Of a stretch of 64,000 bases of DNA, positions 9,899 to 19,335 are shown piece by piece. The notes under the pieces are model-generated. The model was not told the DNA's origin and did not search any database. It worked only from the letters and a program-made list of their open reading frames with translations. Made by a program: the position numbers and the translations under genes. Every line of letters starts with the position of its first letter. The first letter of the stretch is position 1. Origin of the DNA: Escherichia phage FL08; the sequence record PP400785. One strand, 5' to 3'.

Positions 9899-10863
9899 TG
9901 TATTCTTTAGAGGAATTTAATAATCAAGCAATAAACGCAGATTTCCAACGTAATAATATGTTCAGCTGTGTTTTTGCTACAACTCCATCAACTAAAAGCT
10001 CTTCGTTGATAAGTTCAATTAGCAACTTTTCTTATAATAACTTGGGCCTAAATTCAGATTGGTTAGGATTAACTCAAGGCGATATTAATCAGGGAATTAC
10101 TACGCTAATTACAGCTGGCACACAAAAACTGATAAGAAAATCAGGGGTTAGTAAATATCTTATTGGTGCCATGAGTCAACGTACAGTTCAAAGTTTATTA
10201 GGCTCATTTACAGTTGGTACATATTTAATTGACTTCTTTAACATGGCATATAACTCATCTGGATTGATGATATACTCTGTAAAAATGCCAGAGAATAGAT
10301 TATCCTATGAAACTGACTGGAACTATAATTCTCCTAATATTCGTATAACTGGGAGAGAATTAGACCCTTTGGTTATTTCATTCAGAATGGATTCAGAAGC
10401 TTGTAACTATCGTGCAATGCAAGACTGGGTTAACGCTGTTCAAGACCCAGTAACTGGATTGCGTGCTTTGCCGCAAGATGTCGAGGCTGATATTCAGGTT
10501 AATCTTCATTCTCGCAATGGATTACCACATACTGCGGTGATGTTCACTGGATGCATTCCAGTGTCCGTAAGCGCTCCTGAGTTATCATATGATGGAGATA
10601 ACCAAATAACTACATTTGATGTTACTTTTGCGTATAGAGTCATGCAGGCTGGAGCAGTTGATAGACAAGCTGCGCTTGAATGGCTTGAATCTGCTGCTAT
10701 AAATGGTATTCAAAGCGTTCTCGGAAATAGTGGAGGTGTCACTGGACTATCTAATTCGCTTTCACGACTTAGTAGATTAGGGGGAACTGCAGGAAGCATT
10801 TCAAATATTAACACTATGACAGGAATTGTCAATTCGCAAAGTAAAATATTAGGAGCAATATAA
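9898..10863 (+). CDS. 54: Baseplate tail tube initiator gp54
   Basis: 321 aa; ATGA overlap with gene 48; followed by intrinsic terminator. Confidence 0.9.
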   Translation: MYSLEEFNNQAINADFQRNNMFSCVFATTPSTKSSSLISSISNFSYNNLGLNSDWLGLTQGDINQGITTLITAGTQKLIRKSGVSKYLIGAMSQRTVQSLLGSFTVGTYLIDFFNMAYNSSGLMIYSVKMPENRLSYETDWNYNSPNIRITGRELDPLVISFRMDSEACNYRAMQDWVNAVQDPVTGLRALPQDVEADIQVNLHSRNGLPHTAVMFTGCIPVSVSAPELSYDGDNQITTFDVTFAYRVMQAGAVDRQAALEWLESAAINGIQSVLGNSGGVTGLSNSLSRLSRLGGTAGSISNINTMTGIVNSQSKILGAI

Positions 10864-10867
10864 CAAT

Positions 10868-10896
10868 GGGGACCTTTCGGTCCCCATATTTTTATT
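10868..10896 (+). terminator. Intrinsic terminator after gene 54
   Basis: GGGGACC-TTTC-GGTCCCC hairpin followed by ATATTTTTATTT. Confidence 0.7.
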
Positions 10897-11182
10897 TACG
10901 GAATGAAATGAAAGCAGCAACTGAAGCAACTAAACTGTCTTCAATATAAACTTCAATTTTTACCGGAGCTTCTGACTCAAATTTACCTGTTACTACACCC
11001 TGAAAAATACTTTCAGTCTGTTCTGGCTTTGAAAAATTTTCAGAAGGAAAAATTCCGAACTTTTTATCTGTTCCAAAAATTTTGATAAATTCATCGTAAA
11101 CTGCTTCATTAAAAGCATTATCAGCAGGAATAACGCCTTCAACTACAAGTTCTTGACCTAAAAAGCGCAAAGAAGATTTCAT
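10892..11182 (-). CDS. Hypothetical protein (alt-upstream region)
   Basis: 96 aa; GAGG SD; early promoter at 11214-11242 directly upstream. Confidence 0.65.
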   Translation of the reverse strand: MKSSLRFLGQELVVEGVIPADNAFNEAVYDEFIKIFGTDKKFGIFPSENFSKPEQTESIFQGVVTGKFESEAPVKIEVYIEDSLVASVAAFISFRK

Positions 11183-11213
11183 TTTGTGTTCCTCATGTTA
11201 TGTCAGTAAGACT

Positions 11214-11242
11214 ACTATAACACAACACGAGGGACTTGTAAA
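11214..11242 (-). promoter_or_regulatory. Early promoter (TTTACA-N17-TATAGT)
   Basis: Minus strand GTTTACA - 17 nt - TGtTATAGT; drives the 96-aa ORF; part of a ~50-bp repeat also found at 26446-26500. Confidence 0.6.
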
Positions 11243-13300
11243 CTACATCTTGAACTTTTTAGACATTCCGTTGATGTTAACCAAAGAAGCTAAGATTTGA
11301 GAAACTTCGTTTTCCTCTTCTTTTGATTCTTCTACAAGGAATTGATTAAATCCAGCCATTGGACGAACTTCACCAGTTTCCATTAGATGGTCGCCATCAT
11401 ATACTGATTCTTCTAATTGTTCAGAAGGAGGAACGATTGTACCTTCGATTAGATACTTGTTATAAGCAGTTTCTTTCATAAAGTAAGTACTTACTTTATT
11501 AATCTTCAGTAAAATTCCACGTGGTAGAATAACTTCAGCTTCTGACGGAAATCCTGATAAATGACCCGGAACGATAACTTTGATTCGCTCAGCTCCTTTA
11601 ATTACCATACCCACGCTAGTTTCAGCATCTTCATTAGCATATGTAGAATGACTACCCATATGCATCAAATCTTCTGCATCAACGGAACCTTCTCCTTCAC
11701 CAGAAAATACTGCGCCGGAATCATCTAGAGCCATATAGTTTTTACCATGCTCACCGAAGATATTTGGTTTAAGCGATGTGGATACGAAGTTCTTGAAATA
11801 GAACATTTTATTTTCAATGTTATGACGCAAAGTTTTAAAGGTAACTTCTTGTCCACGGTAAAGTGTAGTTCCTGGAGGAAGAACTGAACCTTTAGCGAAT
11901 GCAGAATCAAGCGTCTCAATATGTTTAATAGCTCGTTCCATATATTCTTCACGGGTAGAATCTGGTTTACCCAAAAGGAACGAGTTCATTTCAACATATG
12001 AATCTGCACAATAATCTTCAATTACATCAGATTCAGCTTGAGTTAATCCTTTTGGAGTTACTTCAGTGCTTGCGTATTCATATGCCTGAGCAGCAGATTC
12101 ATTAATCAATTTATAAATGCCATTCATGACAAATTGAATAATAGCTGTCTTTTCATCTGGCGTAGCTTTAGAACCTTTAACCAAATCATTGATAATTTTC
12201 TTAATAACATCAAAGCTATTAGAAATATTAATATCAGCAAGATCGCTTAAAATTTTATCAGTCTTATAATCAAAGAATTCTTTATTCTTTAAATATTCTT
12301 GAGAACCTTGATATGTTATATCGCTCTGTAACTTGATAGATGGATCACGTAAACGTGCATGGGCTAATGCAATATGATTTCGGAAGCTTTCGAGTTCATA
12401 ATCACTAGATTTAAAACGAGAAGCGCTTCTCATACCGCCTATAGCTCCTTTGCTGAAGTTTGAACCAATTTGAATAACGCCAGAGTTCATTGGTCCTTCT
12501 GCTTTATACACCGGAACTTTAGATTCAAACTCTTGATATTTCTTAGCAGCGAAGCTATCACCCTGAAGTGAAGCATCAACAGTAGAATATTGAGCTTGTG
12601 CTGCTAATCGACGACTAATTTTAGTTTTCTGAATAACAGCTTGGTCCGTGCGCTTATCATTTTCTAAAGCAATAGAAGCAGCAACAGCAACAGCTTTAGG
12701 AACAGCATTACCTGTTTTAACATCTACATAAACATCACCAACCTTTGATTCAACTTTTGTGAATAACTCAGTTGAAATAGGAGGTACACCTGGAATGTCT
12801 TCTAAATTGGCATTTTTACGATAAACCATAATATATGCGTACTTTTTATCATAATCCCAGATTTCCTTTAAAAGAACATATCGACCTGCTCCTTTAGTAC
12901 GTACTAAACGGTCAGCAATAACTTGCATTTGACGAGCAGCGCCATTTGTTTTACTCTTTAGTACGCGGAATAAGCATGCATCAATTTTATACTGTTTCAT
13001 TGTTTGAAGAGCAGTATCAAAAACAGCGTTAATGACGCCAATTGGATTTCCACCCAAGTTTCTAAGTTTAACCAGTGATAATTTCTCGTTGACACCTATC
13101 ATTACGATATGCATCATTTTATCGCCCGGCTTAACGTTTTTATTTGTATCACCTCCAGAGGTGTATGTACAAAATCTAAATCCAGGAAGCACGCTTTCTT
13201 CGCCGGCTTGAATAGCAAAAATTTGAGGTATTTTATGCTTAGGATTTAAGTTAACAACCGGCGCCGAAGCGCCGTCAAATAATTCTGTAATAAGTTCCAT
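11243..13300 (-). CDS. Alt-like ADP-ribosyltransferase paralog
   Basis: 685 aa; N-terminal ~280 aa highly similar to the adjacent Alt; ART motifs retained (LYRGQ Arg, FVSTSL STS, EAEVILPRG ExE). Confidence 0.85.
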   Translation of the reverse strand: MELITELFDGASAPVVNLNPKHKIPQIFAIQAGEESVLPGFRFCTYTSGGDTNKNVKPGDKMMHIVMIGVNEKLSLVKLRNLGGNPIGVINAVFDTALQTMKQYKIDACLFRVLKSKTNGAARQMQVIADRLVRTKGAGRYVLLKEIWDYDKKYAYIMVYRKNANLEDIPGVPPISTELFTKVESKVGDVYVDVKTGNAVPKAVAVAASIALENDKRTDQAVIQKTKISRRLAAQAQYSTVDASLQGDSFAAKKYQEFESKVPVYKAEGPMNSGVIQIGSNFSKGAIGGMRSASRFKSSDYELESFRNHIALAHARLRDPSIKLQSDITYQGSQEYLKNKEFFDYKTDKILSDLADINISNSFDVIKKIINDLVKGSKATPDEKTAIIQFVMNGIYKLINESAAQAYEYASTEVTPKGLTQAESDVIEDYCADSYVEMNSFLLGKPDSTREEYMERAIKHIETLDSAFAKGSVLPPGTTLYRGQEVTFKTLRHNIENKMFYFKNFVSTSLKPNIFGEHGKNYMALDDSGAVFSGEGEGSVDAEDLMHMGSHSTYANEDAETSVGMVIKGAERIKVIVPGHLSGFPSEAEVILPRGILLKINKVSTYFMKETAYNKYLIEGTIVPPSEQLEESVYDGDHLMETGEVRPMAGFNQFLVEESKEEENEVSQILASLVNINGMSKKFKM

Positions 13301-13303
13301 GAT

Positions 13304-15352
13304 TTATCCTTGAACGAACTTGTAAGGCATGTTTGTAATATCTATGCAAGACGCAATAATTCCAAGAGATGATTCTACTTTCTGTTTAACATTTGATGAA
13401 ACAAATGATGCAAAGTCAACTCTATCTTCTATATCACCTGTCATTGTAACTACTTCGCCGGTTTCCATTAAACGGTCACCGTCATAAATTACTGATTCGG
13501 TGAGTTCTTCGGTGGTCATAACTTCAGCTTGAATAAGCTTGTTGTTAGTTTTGACTGTTCCATCATTGTAAGATGCATCAGTTATTTTATTAACTTTGAC
13601 CATTAATCCACGTGGCAAAATGACTTCCATTTCATTTGAAGGCGCTAAACTTCCACCGGGTAAAACAACATTGACTTTATCAGCCCCAGTAATAACCCAT
13701 CCAATTCCGACTAAATTATCGCTAGAATTAACAAGCCCTTCATCATTTTTATCGATAGAAATGTTTAGACGCTTTTCATCTGGTAAAACACCAACAGCTG
13801 AATCAGTCATCCAAGTACCAAAAATGTTTGGATATAATGATGTTGATACAAAATTTCTAAAATAAAAAACTCGATTTTTTACCATTGCTTCGTATATTGA
13901 AGGTAACATTCGTTGTGAACGATACAAAGTAATACCTTTTGGTAATCGTTCACCATTTTTAAAGGCTGAATCTAAATTATCAATAGCTTTTTCTATGTCA
14001 GATGCTGTCAAAATACTTGTACGCTCATCTGGATTATATAATCCCAAAAGAGCATTATTTATGTCTACATATCCTGAACCTACGTATTCACGAATTCCGC
14101 GTTTTTGTGCTGGTGTGTATTTAGATGAATCTTTATTTTCGACTATAGGATGTAATGACCATCCAGCTGTAAGAGCATATCCACGTAATTCTCTTCGAAT
14201 AATCTTTGTTTTTATTGCATTCCAAGAATTTTGTACTAACTCATTTGCAGCATCTTGGTTTAAATGCGAATGTTTGTTAATATTTCTTTCAAACCAAGCA
14301 CCTTTATATTTTTCTAAAGTATCATCGACGATAGAAGCAATAGTTTCTAAAGTTTTTATTGAAGTAATAGATTCTTTTCGTAATTTTTCTAAAGCTTTAT
14401 TTTTTATTTCTGCATTAATAATGGATTCTTTATCTTCAGGAATTATAGAAGCTTCTCTGAATGCCATCCCAGCTGTAACACTGCTAAGAGCATTCTCTAG
14501 TGCAAATCCTGAAGTAGAAATTACCGTTAATTCATTAGAATCAGAAATTAAAGGCGCATCAGCGGGTTTATTTAATTCTGCTGCTGAAGCCTCAAATTTT
14601 TGAAACATCGGTGTTTCAAATCTAGAAGATTCCAATGACTGACTTTGTGCAATTGCTCTACGGGAAATTTTAACTTTAACGATTACAGCTTGGTCAGAAC
14701 GTTTATCATTTTCTTGTGCAATAGATGCTGCAATTGCCTCATTTTTGGTTACTTGAGCTCCGGTATCTTTATTGATATAAACATCACCGACCTTCGATTC
14801 AACTTTAGTAAAGAGCTCGGTACTAATTTCCGGAACTCCTGGAATGTCTTCTAGTGATACATTTTTGCGATGTATAAGAATATATGCATACTTTTTATCA
14901 TAATCCCAGAGTTCCTTAAGAAGGACGTATCTGCCACCTGAACGACTACGGATAAGTCTATCAGCAATAACTTGAATTTGTCGAGCTTGACCAGCGGTTT
15001 TAGACTTAAGAATACGAAGCATACAAGCATCAATTTTATACTGACGCATTGTTTGCATTGCAACAGTAAAAACTGAATTGATATAATTAATTGGGCTTGG
15101 ACCAAGACCTTTTAATTTAGCAATTGAACCTTTAGCGGTTAATGTAAAAGGAACAATATGCATCATTTTATCGCCCATTTTTAAATCGCGATTAGTATCA
15201 CCTCCAGATGTATAGGTACATAAACGAAAGCCTGGTTGTTCAATTGCATCATCAACATGAACTGAAAAAATTTGCGGTATTTTCTTCTTTGGATTTAAGT
15301 TTGTAATCGGAAGAGTAGTATCTTCGTCAAATAATTCTGTAATAAGTTCCAT
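13304..15352 (-). CDS. alt: Alt ADP-ribosyltransferase (capsid-packaged, injected)
   Basis: 682 aa from second Met (track ORF starts MM); N-terminus MELITELFDEDTTLPITNL matches T4 Alt; motifs LYRSQ, FVSTSL, EMEVILPRG; late promoter upstream. Confidence 0.9.
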   Translation of the reverse strand: MELITELFDEDTTLPITNLNPKKKIPQIFSVHVDDAIEQPGFRLCTYTSGGDTNRDLKMGDKMMHIVPFTLTAKGSIAKLKGLGPSPINYINSVFTVAMQTMRQYKIDACMLRILKSKTAGQARQIQVIADRLIRSRSGGRYVLLKELWDYDKKYAYILIHRKNVSLEDIPGVPEISTELFTKVESKVGDVYINKDTGAQVTKNEAIAASIAQENDKRSDQAVIVKVKISRRAIAQSQSLESSRFETPMFQKFEASAAELNKPADAPLISDSNELTVISTSGFALENALSSVTAGMAFREASIIPEDKESIINAEIKNKALEKLRKESITSIKTLETIASIVDDTLEKYKGAWFERNINKHSHLNQDAANELVQNSWNAIKTKIIRRELRGYALTAGWSLHPIVENKDSSKYTPAQKRGIREYVGSGYVDINNALLGLYNPDERTSILTASDIEKAIDNLDSAFKNGERLPKGITLYRSQRMLPSIYEAMVKNRVFYFRNFVSTSLYPNIFGTWMTDSAVGVLPDEKRLNISIDKNDEGLVNSSDNLVGIGWVITGADKVNVVLPGGSLAPSNEMEVILPRGLMVKVNKITDASYNDGTVKTNNKLIQAEVMTTEELTESVIYDGDRLMETGEVVTMTGDIEDRVDFASFVSSNVKQKVESSLGIIASCIDITNMPYKFVQG

Positions 15353-15375
15353 CATAGCCTCTCTAGTGTTTATTC

Positions 15376-15383
15376 TATTTATA
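15376..15383 (-). promoter_or_regulatory. Late promoter TATAAATA upstream of alt
   Basis: TATAAATA on minus strand ~20 nt upstream of alt ATG, consistent with alt being a late, virion-packaged product. Confidence 0.6.
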
Positions 15384-15388
15384 AAATT

Positions 15389-15406
15389 AAAGGCCCGAAG
15401 GCCTTT
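15389..15406 (-). terminator. Hairpin / probable terminator
   Basis: AAAGGCCCGAAGGCCTTT; identical 18-mer recurs at 63318-63335. Confidence 0.5.
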
Positions 15407-15593
15407 AGTAATCTAGTGGTAAGAGAGTACGATATATTTCAAACTTTGGTCCTTTTTCATAGGCATCAAATGTTTCTGTAAATTTATTATAAGCGTATGC
15501 ATCTACAAATTCGAGAATGACTTGTGATACAGAAGTAGAAACATCTCCACCTTCTTTTTGAGCAATGACAATTGTTTCTAAGTAAGCTTTCAT
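15405..15593 (-). CDS. Hypothetical protein
   Basis: 62 aa; ATGA overlap with gene 30 stop. Confidence 0.55.
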   Translation of the reverse strand: MKAYLETIVIAQKEGGDVSTSVSQVILEFVDAYAYNKFTETFDAYEKGPKFEIYRTLLPLDY

Positions 15594-17053
15594 AAACCAG
15601 TTACCTCATGAAAATCACCAAATACATCCTCGAATGTATTAGCTTTAGTTTTATCTTCACGTAAACGAATCGCAATCGGAAGAAATAATTTAACGTAATC
15701 AGTGCGGCCATCAGATTTTAACCAACCGTTGCATTCGCACTCTAGAATTTTTCCAATATAATAATTTTGGTTTTCCATAATGCGAGTACGGTCAAGTTCA
15801 TGCGATTTTACACCGGCTTTATCTTTTAAGCCTGAACCAGCATTTACCTTAATTTTTCCACACTCTGATTCAAGAATAAATCCACCCGCTTTAGTAGGGT
15901 CTTTACGGTGAGGATAAATTCCTACAATTTTTAAATCAACATCAATTACTTCTTTAAATTTATAGAGATTTTTTGAACGAGCATTTTCCCACAATCCATC
16001 GGTATTTTTGAGAATAATACCTTCAAGACCTTGGTCAATATACTTTTTATAAATTACCTTAGCTTCATCTAGGTTATTTACTACCTGGTTTTCAATTAAA
16101 ATTACTTTATCATAACCTGATGTCATTTGTTCTAGTTTAGAAAAACGTACATCATATTTCAAACGAAATGCAGGAAGACCGTATATTTCTACCAACGGGA
16201 CATAATCCCAGACCTGAAACTTCATGCATTGAGCTTCTTTTTCAGAAATGGTTCCCTTTAAAGATTTATTGGCGATGCCATTAGATGCAGTACGTGATTC
16301 AGCTACTTCGGCGAATTCTTTAGCTTTACTAATTTCAGGATAAGCATCAAAAAGAAAATCTAGGCCTTCTGACTCCTTTTCAACTTGCTCATGGTATACC
16401 AATTCGCCATCAATTAACACACCTTCTGGATGAATCTGGCGAGCTTCTGCAGTCATTTTGATTAACTCTTCCTTAAGAAGATCTAATCCTAGATATTCAT
16501 TACCAGCTCGCGATAAAAGACGAACATCATCTAATTCATCGCCTCGGACTTCAGCAAAACACCGAGCTCCATCTGCTTTTAATTGCGCAAAGGCTGGAAA
16601 CTTGATATTCTTACTAATGCCTTTTTCATCATAAGAACTTGCCAGCATTTGAGGTTGTTCAGGAATTAAACCTGGCCAAACTTTGTTTGCAATAGATACT
16701 GAAGCACCGCATTCAAGGTCTCGCATCATCACTCGACGCAAAACTTCAACATCATCCTTTTTACCATCAGTGATATATCCAGTTAATTCCTCAATTGCTG
16801 CATTTCCAGTCAATTTCCGAGTAGCTAACGTGAATTCAATGAAGTCAAGCATATCGGTAATGGTCAGCATTCCAAAACTCTGGGTAGCAATACCAGGTTT
16901 AGGCCATTTCTTAATATAATACTGTAACCCACGAGAATAAGTCAGACGATATACTCGTTTAAGCAATTCATTATCTTTATTCTTTTCAAGAATTGCTTGC
17001 TTCTGCTTAGTTGATCCAATAGATGCTATTTCATTCAGAATTTTAAGAATCAT
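15590..17053 (-). CDS. 30: ATP-dependent DNA ligase
   Basis: 487 aa; adenylation motif KADGARC; sequence recognisable as T4 DNA ligase. Confidence 0.95.
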   Translation of the reverse strand: MILKILNEIASIGSTKQKQAILEKNKDNELLKRVYRLTYSRGLQYYIKKWPKPGIATQSFGMLTITDMLDFIEFTLATRKLTGNAAIEELTGYITDGKKDDVEVLRRVMMRDLECGASVSIANKVWPGLIPEQPQMLASSYDEKGISKNIKFPAFAQLKADGARCFAEVRGDELDDVRLLSRAGNEYLGLDLLKEELIKMTAEARQIHPEGVLIDGELVYHEQVEKESEGLDFLFDAYPEISKAKEFAEVAESRTASNGIANKSLKGTISEKEAQCMKFQVWDYVPLVEIYGLPAFRLKYDVRFSKLEQMTSGYDKVILIENQVVNNLDEAKVIYKKYIDQGLEGIILKNTDGLWENARSKNLYKFKEVIDVDLKIVGIYPHRKDPTKAGGFILESECGKIKVNAGSGLKDKAGVKSHELDRTRIMENQNYYIGKILECECNGWLKSDGRTDYVKLFLPIAIRLREDKTKANTFEDVFGDFHEVTGL

Positions 17054-17319
17054 TGTTCATCCTTCAGAGTTTGATTTACATCTCTATTATAAATCAATTC
17101 ATCATTAAGCTCAGGCAAAGACTTATGATATGCCGTTCTAACTTTATTTCCTTGCATCCAGTGCTTGACGTAAATGAAACCTTGCTCTACACATTTTTTA
17201 AAAATTCGTTCATCCTTTTGAGCACGGAACTCTGGATTACATCTAAAAAATTGATTTACGTGACCGTAATCACGTGTAGTATTACCTTCATTTTCATAAA
17301 TAGTATGAACAACAAACAT
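17050..17319 (-). CDS. Hypothetical protein (30.1 position)
   Basis: 89 aa; overlapping start/stop with neighbours. Confidence 0.6.
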   Translation of the reverse strand: MFVVHTIYENEGNTTRDYGHVNQFFRCNPEFRAQKDERIFKKCVEQGFIYVKHWMQGNKVRTAYHKSLPELNDELIYNRDVNQTLKDEQ

Positions 17320-18158
17320 TAGAATGCTCCTTGAAAAATATTATCACCACTAGTAGGTCTATTATACAAATACTCTATGCCACCAGGTTTAATATAGTTC
17401 CATGTCTGAAACGGATGTGTCTGATATGGATGATATAGATGATTATAAGGATTAACTCCAGGTGTTCTCCAGGTAGTATTCCAAGGAAAAGAATTGTTTT
17501 TAACCATCTTCTCAATTACATCTTTTATAGCTTTTTCACTATCAAAACTTTCTTTATTTTCCTTTGGTGAAAAAAGCTTATTTTCTACATCATTCCATGT
17601 ATAAACTCGCTGCGCAGTTTTTGGAATATTGTCACGCTCTCCTCGAGCCATCCAATAAACAGGAACATTTAATATTTCACTCGCATGATCGCAGTGATGA
17701 GCGAGATCGTCAATATAACAAATCACGTTATATTTCTCTTTTGCCTTTTTGAACAGCTCTTCTTTTGAAGAATCATGACCACACATCATTACTTCTGAGA
17801 AGGCACCAGGAAAAAGAGCATTCAAATTAAATTGACGATTCAACAGAGCGTCAATAGAATCACCCAATGCGGTAACAGCTACAAAATTATAATCTTCTTT
17901 TAATTTGTTAATCACACACAGGGCATCTTTATATGGAGACAAGTAACGAATAAAATCTGAACGATTGTATTTTTCAATTAACTTGACGCCAAGTTCTTCA
18001 TCACAATTAAAGAGTTTACCCGGAGAAATAAATTTCTCATCTTGGATCATTTTTAAAATATGTTCTAACGGAAGATTATATTTCTGGGCAAAATAAGGAA
18101 GGCCTGATTGCCAGCTTAAACAAACTCCATCAATATCAGTTAAAATAGTTGGCTTCAT
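17319..18158 (-). CDS. HAD-superfamily phosphatase-like protein (30.2 position)
   Basis: 279 aa; N-terminal HAD motif I ILTDIDGV; later DD acidic motif. Confidence 0.7.
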   Translation of the reverse strand: MKPTILTDIDGVCLSWQSGLPYFAQKYNLPLEHILKMIQDEKFISPGKLFNCDEELGVKLIEKYNRSDFIRYLSPYKDALCVINKLKEDYNFVAVTALGDSIDALLNRQFNLNALFPGAFSEVMMCGHDSSKEELFKKAKEKYNVICYIDDLAHHCDHASEILNVPVYWMARGERDNIPKTAQRVYTWNDVENKLFSPKENKESFDSEKAIKDVIEKMVKNNSFPWNTTWRTPGVNPYNHLYHPYQTHPFQTWNYIKPGGIEYLYNRPTSGDNIFQGAF

Positions 18159-18619
18159 AGAGAGTCTCTTAATAGGTTTAACACATCAATAAATTCAGCT
18201 TCGGTTAGTATTGTATCATCTTTTGTTAGACCACTAGCCATGCTGTGCTTCAAAACTTTTCCTTTCGAGGCTTGTAATGCATCACGAAAGCCCCTGTTTT
18301 GGATCGCTGCTTCAAAATATGCATTTGTGTATAATTCTTTCCATGCTTCGGAATATCTTGAAAATGGAACTCCAAGCCAGAAGAGGGTCCCACGGTCCTG
18401 AGCTCTAGCATAAGCTCGTCCAGCTTGTTGGGCGGCAAGCCCGGATAACCCAAATATACGTCTTTGCTGCTCAACATTTTTCACCTTGCATCCTTGGAGG
18501 AATCCTTCAAGACCTCCGAATTGAATACCATCCATGACGAAAGGCCATTGGGCGAAATTACTTAATGCGCATGATGGCCATCTAAAATTGCTTCTAATCT
18601 CTAACTCAGACATTTTCAA
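18155..18619 (-). CDS. NADAR / YbiA-like (DUF1768) domain protein (30.3 position)
   Basis: 154 aa; LSNFAQWPFVMDG...E...Q..K pattern resembling E. coli YbiA DFSNFAAWPIKVDG. Confidence 0.7.
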   Translation of the reverse strand: MKMSELEIRSNFRWPSCALSNFAQWPFVMDGIQFGGLEGFLQGCKVKNVEQQRRIFGLSGLAAQQAGRAYARAQDRGTLFWLGVPFSRYSEAWKELYTNAYFEAAIQNRGFRDALQASKGKVLKHSMASGLTKDDTILTEAEFIDVLNLLRDSL

Positions 18620-18812
18620 TACTTATAATTTCAACATCAGCCCAATGACCATAGCAAGGAAGACGAAATTCAACTGGCCAGTTAGGGTCCTTTTCTAATA
18701 TAATAGACTTAACTTGTGGTTCTTCATGTTCATCAGTATATGGATTTTTATCTGTTACTTTATATGTGACCTTAATGTATTGAATTCCAAAAATCTTATT
18801 AATTATATTCAT
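18606..18812 (-). CDS. Hypothetical protein
   Basis: 68 aa; tight overlap with flanking genes. Confidence 0.55.
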   Translation of the reverse strand: MNIINKIFGIQYIKVTYKVTDKNPYTDEHEEPQVKSIILEKDPNWPVEFRLPCYGHWADVEIISIENV

Positions 18813-19006
18813 ACTAATTCCTTTAATCCGTAAATAGGAGACAATTCATCACCCATACGAAGGTCTTCATTTCCATCTACCCAGGAAACAATATAAGCCT
18901 CTTTTATTTGAACACCACTCCATTTAAATGGAGGTAGAACCTTAGAAATTAATCCAGGTATACCAACTCCCTTTAATTCAACAGTTTGACCTAAAAAGAA
19001 TTTCAT
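18809..19006 (-). CDS. Hypothetical protein
   Basis: 65 aa; ATGA-type overlap with flanking genes. Confidence 0.55.
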   Translation of the reverse strand: MKFFLGQTVELKGVGIPGLISKVLPPFKWSGVQIKEAYIVSWVDGNEDLRMGDELSPIYGLKELV

Positions 19007-19293
19007 TAGAACCTCATCTGAAAACCATGCGATTTAACATTACCGCCGCCAATATCAGAAATATTAATTTCACGCGCAATCGAAGGATCGATGTCAATTT
19101 CACGATTAAGTTTAGCGATAGCTAAAGTATCACGCCCATTTACAGTACGGAACTCTAAAGGACAAACCACATCAACGTAATTTTTAATTGATTCACTGGT
19201 AGGTTGCAAATGAGCAGGAAGGTCTTTGGGCGCCTTTGAGAAAACCACTTCACAGAAATTTTTACGGGTATCAAAATAAGTAGTCATAAACAT
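19006..19293 (-). CDS. Hypothetical protein
   Basis: 95 aa; SD present; operon context. Confidence 0.6.
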   Translation of the reverse strand: MFMTTYFDTRKNFCEVVFSKAPKDLPAHLQPTSESIKNYVDVVCPLEFRTVNGRDTLAIAKLNREIDIDPSIAREINISDIGGGNVKSHGFQMRF

Positions 19294-19310
19294 AGTATTT
19301 TCCTCAGTAA

Positions 19311-19335
19311 GGGGCCGAAGCCCCTCATTTTATTT
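19311..19335 (+). terminator. GC hairpin with plus-strand T-run
   Basis: GGGGCCGAAGCCCC followed by TCATTTTATTTT on plus strand; lacks T-run on minus strand. Confidence 0.4.

Noticed and set aside
13995-14603. 202-aa plus-strand ORF (plus 13596-13865 and 14645-14854) antisense to alt
   Set aside because: Embedded in the opposite strand of the alt gene; low-complexity composition and no promoter or SD.
19311-19324. GC hairpin as a minus-strand terminator for the upstream early gene
   Set aside because: No U-run follows the hairpin on the minus-strand transcript; the T-run is on the plus strand, so it is listed only as a plus-strand or structural element.
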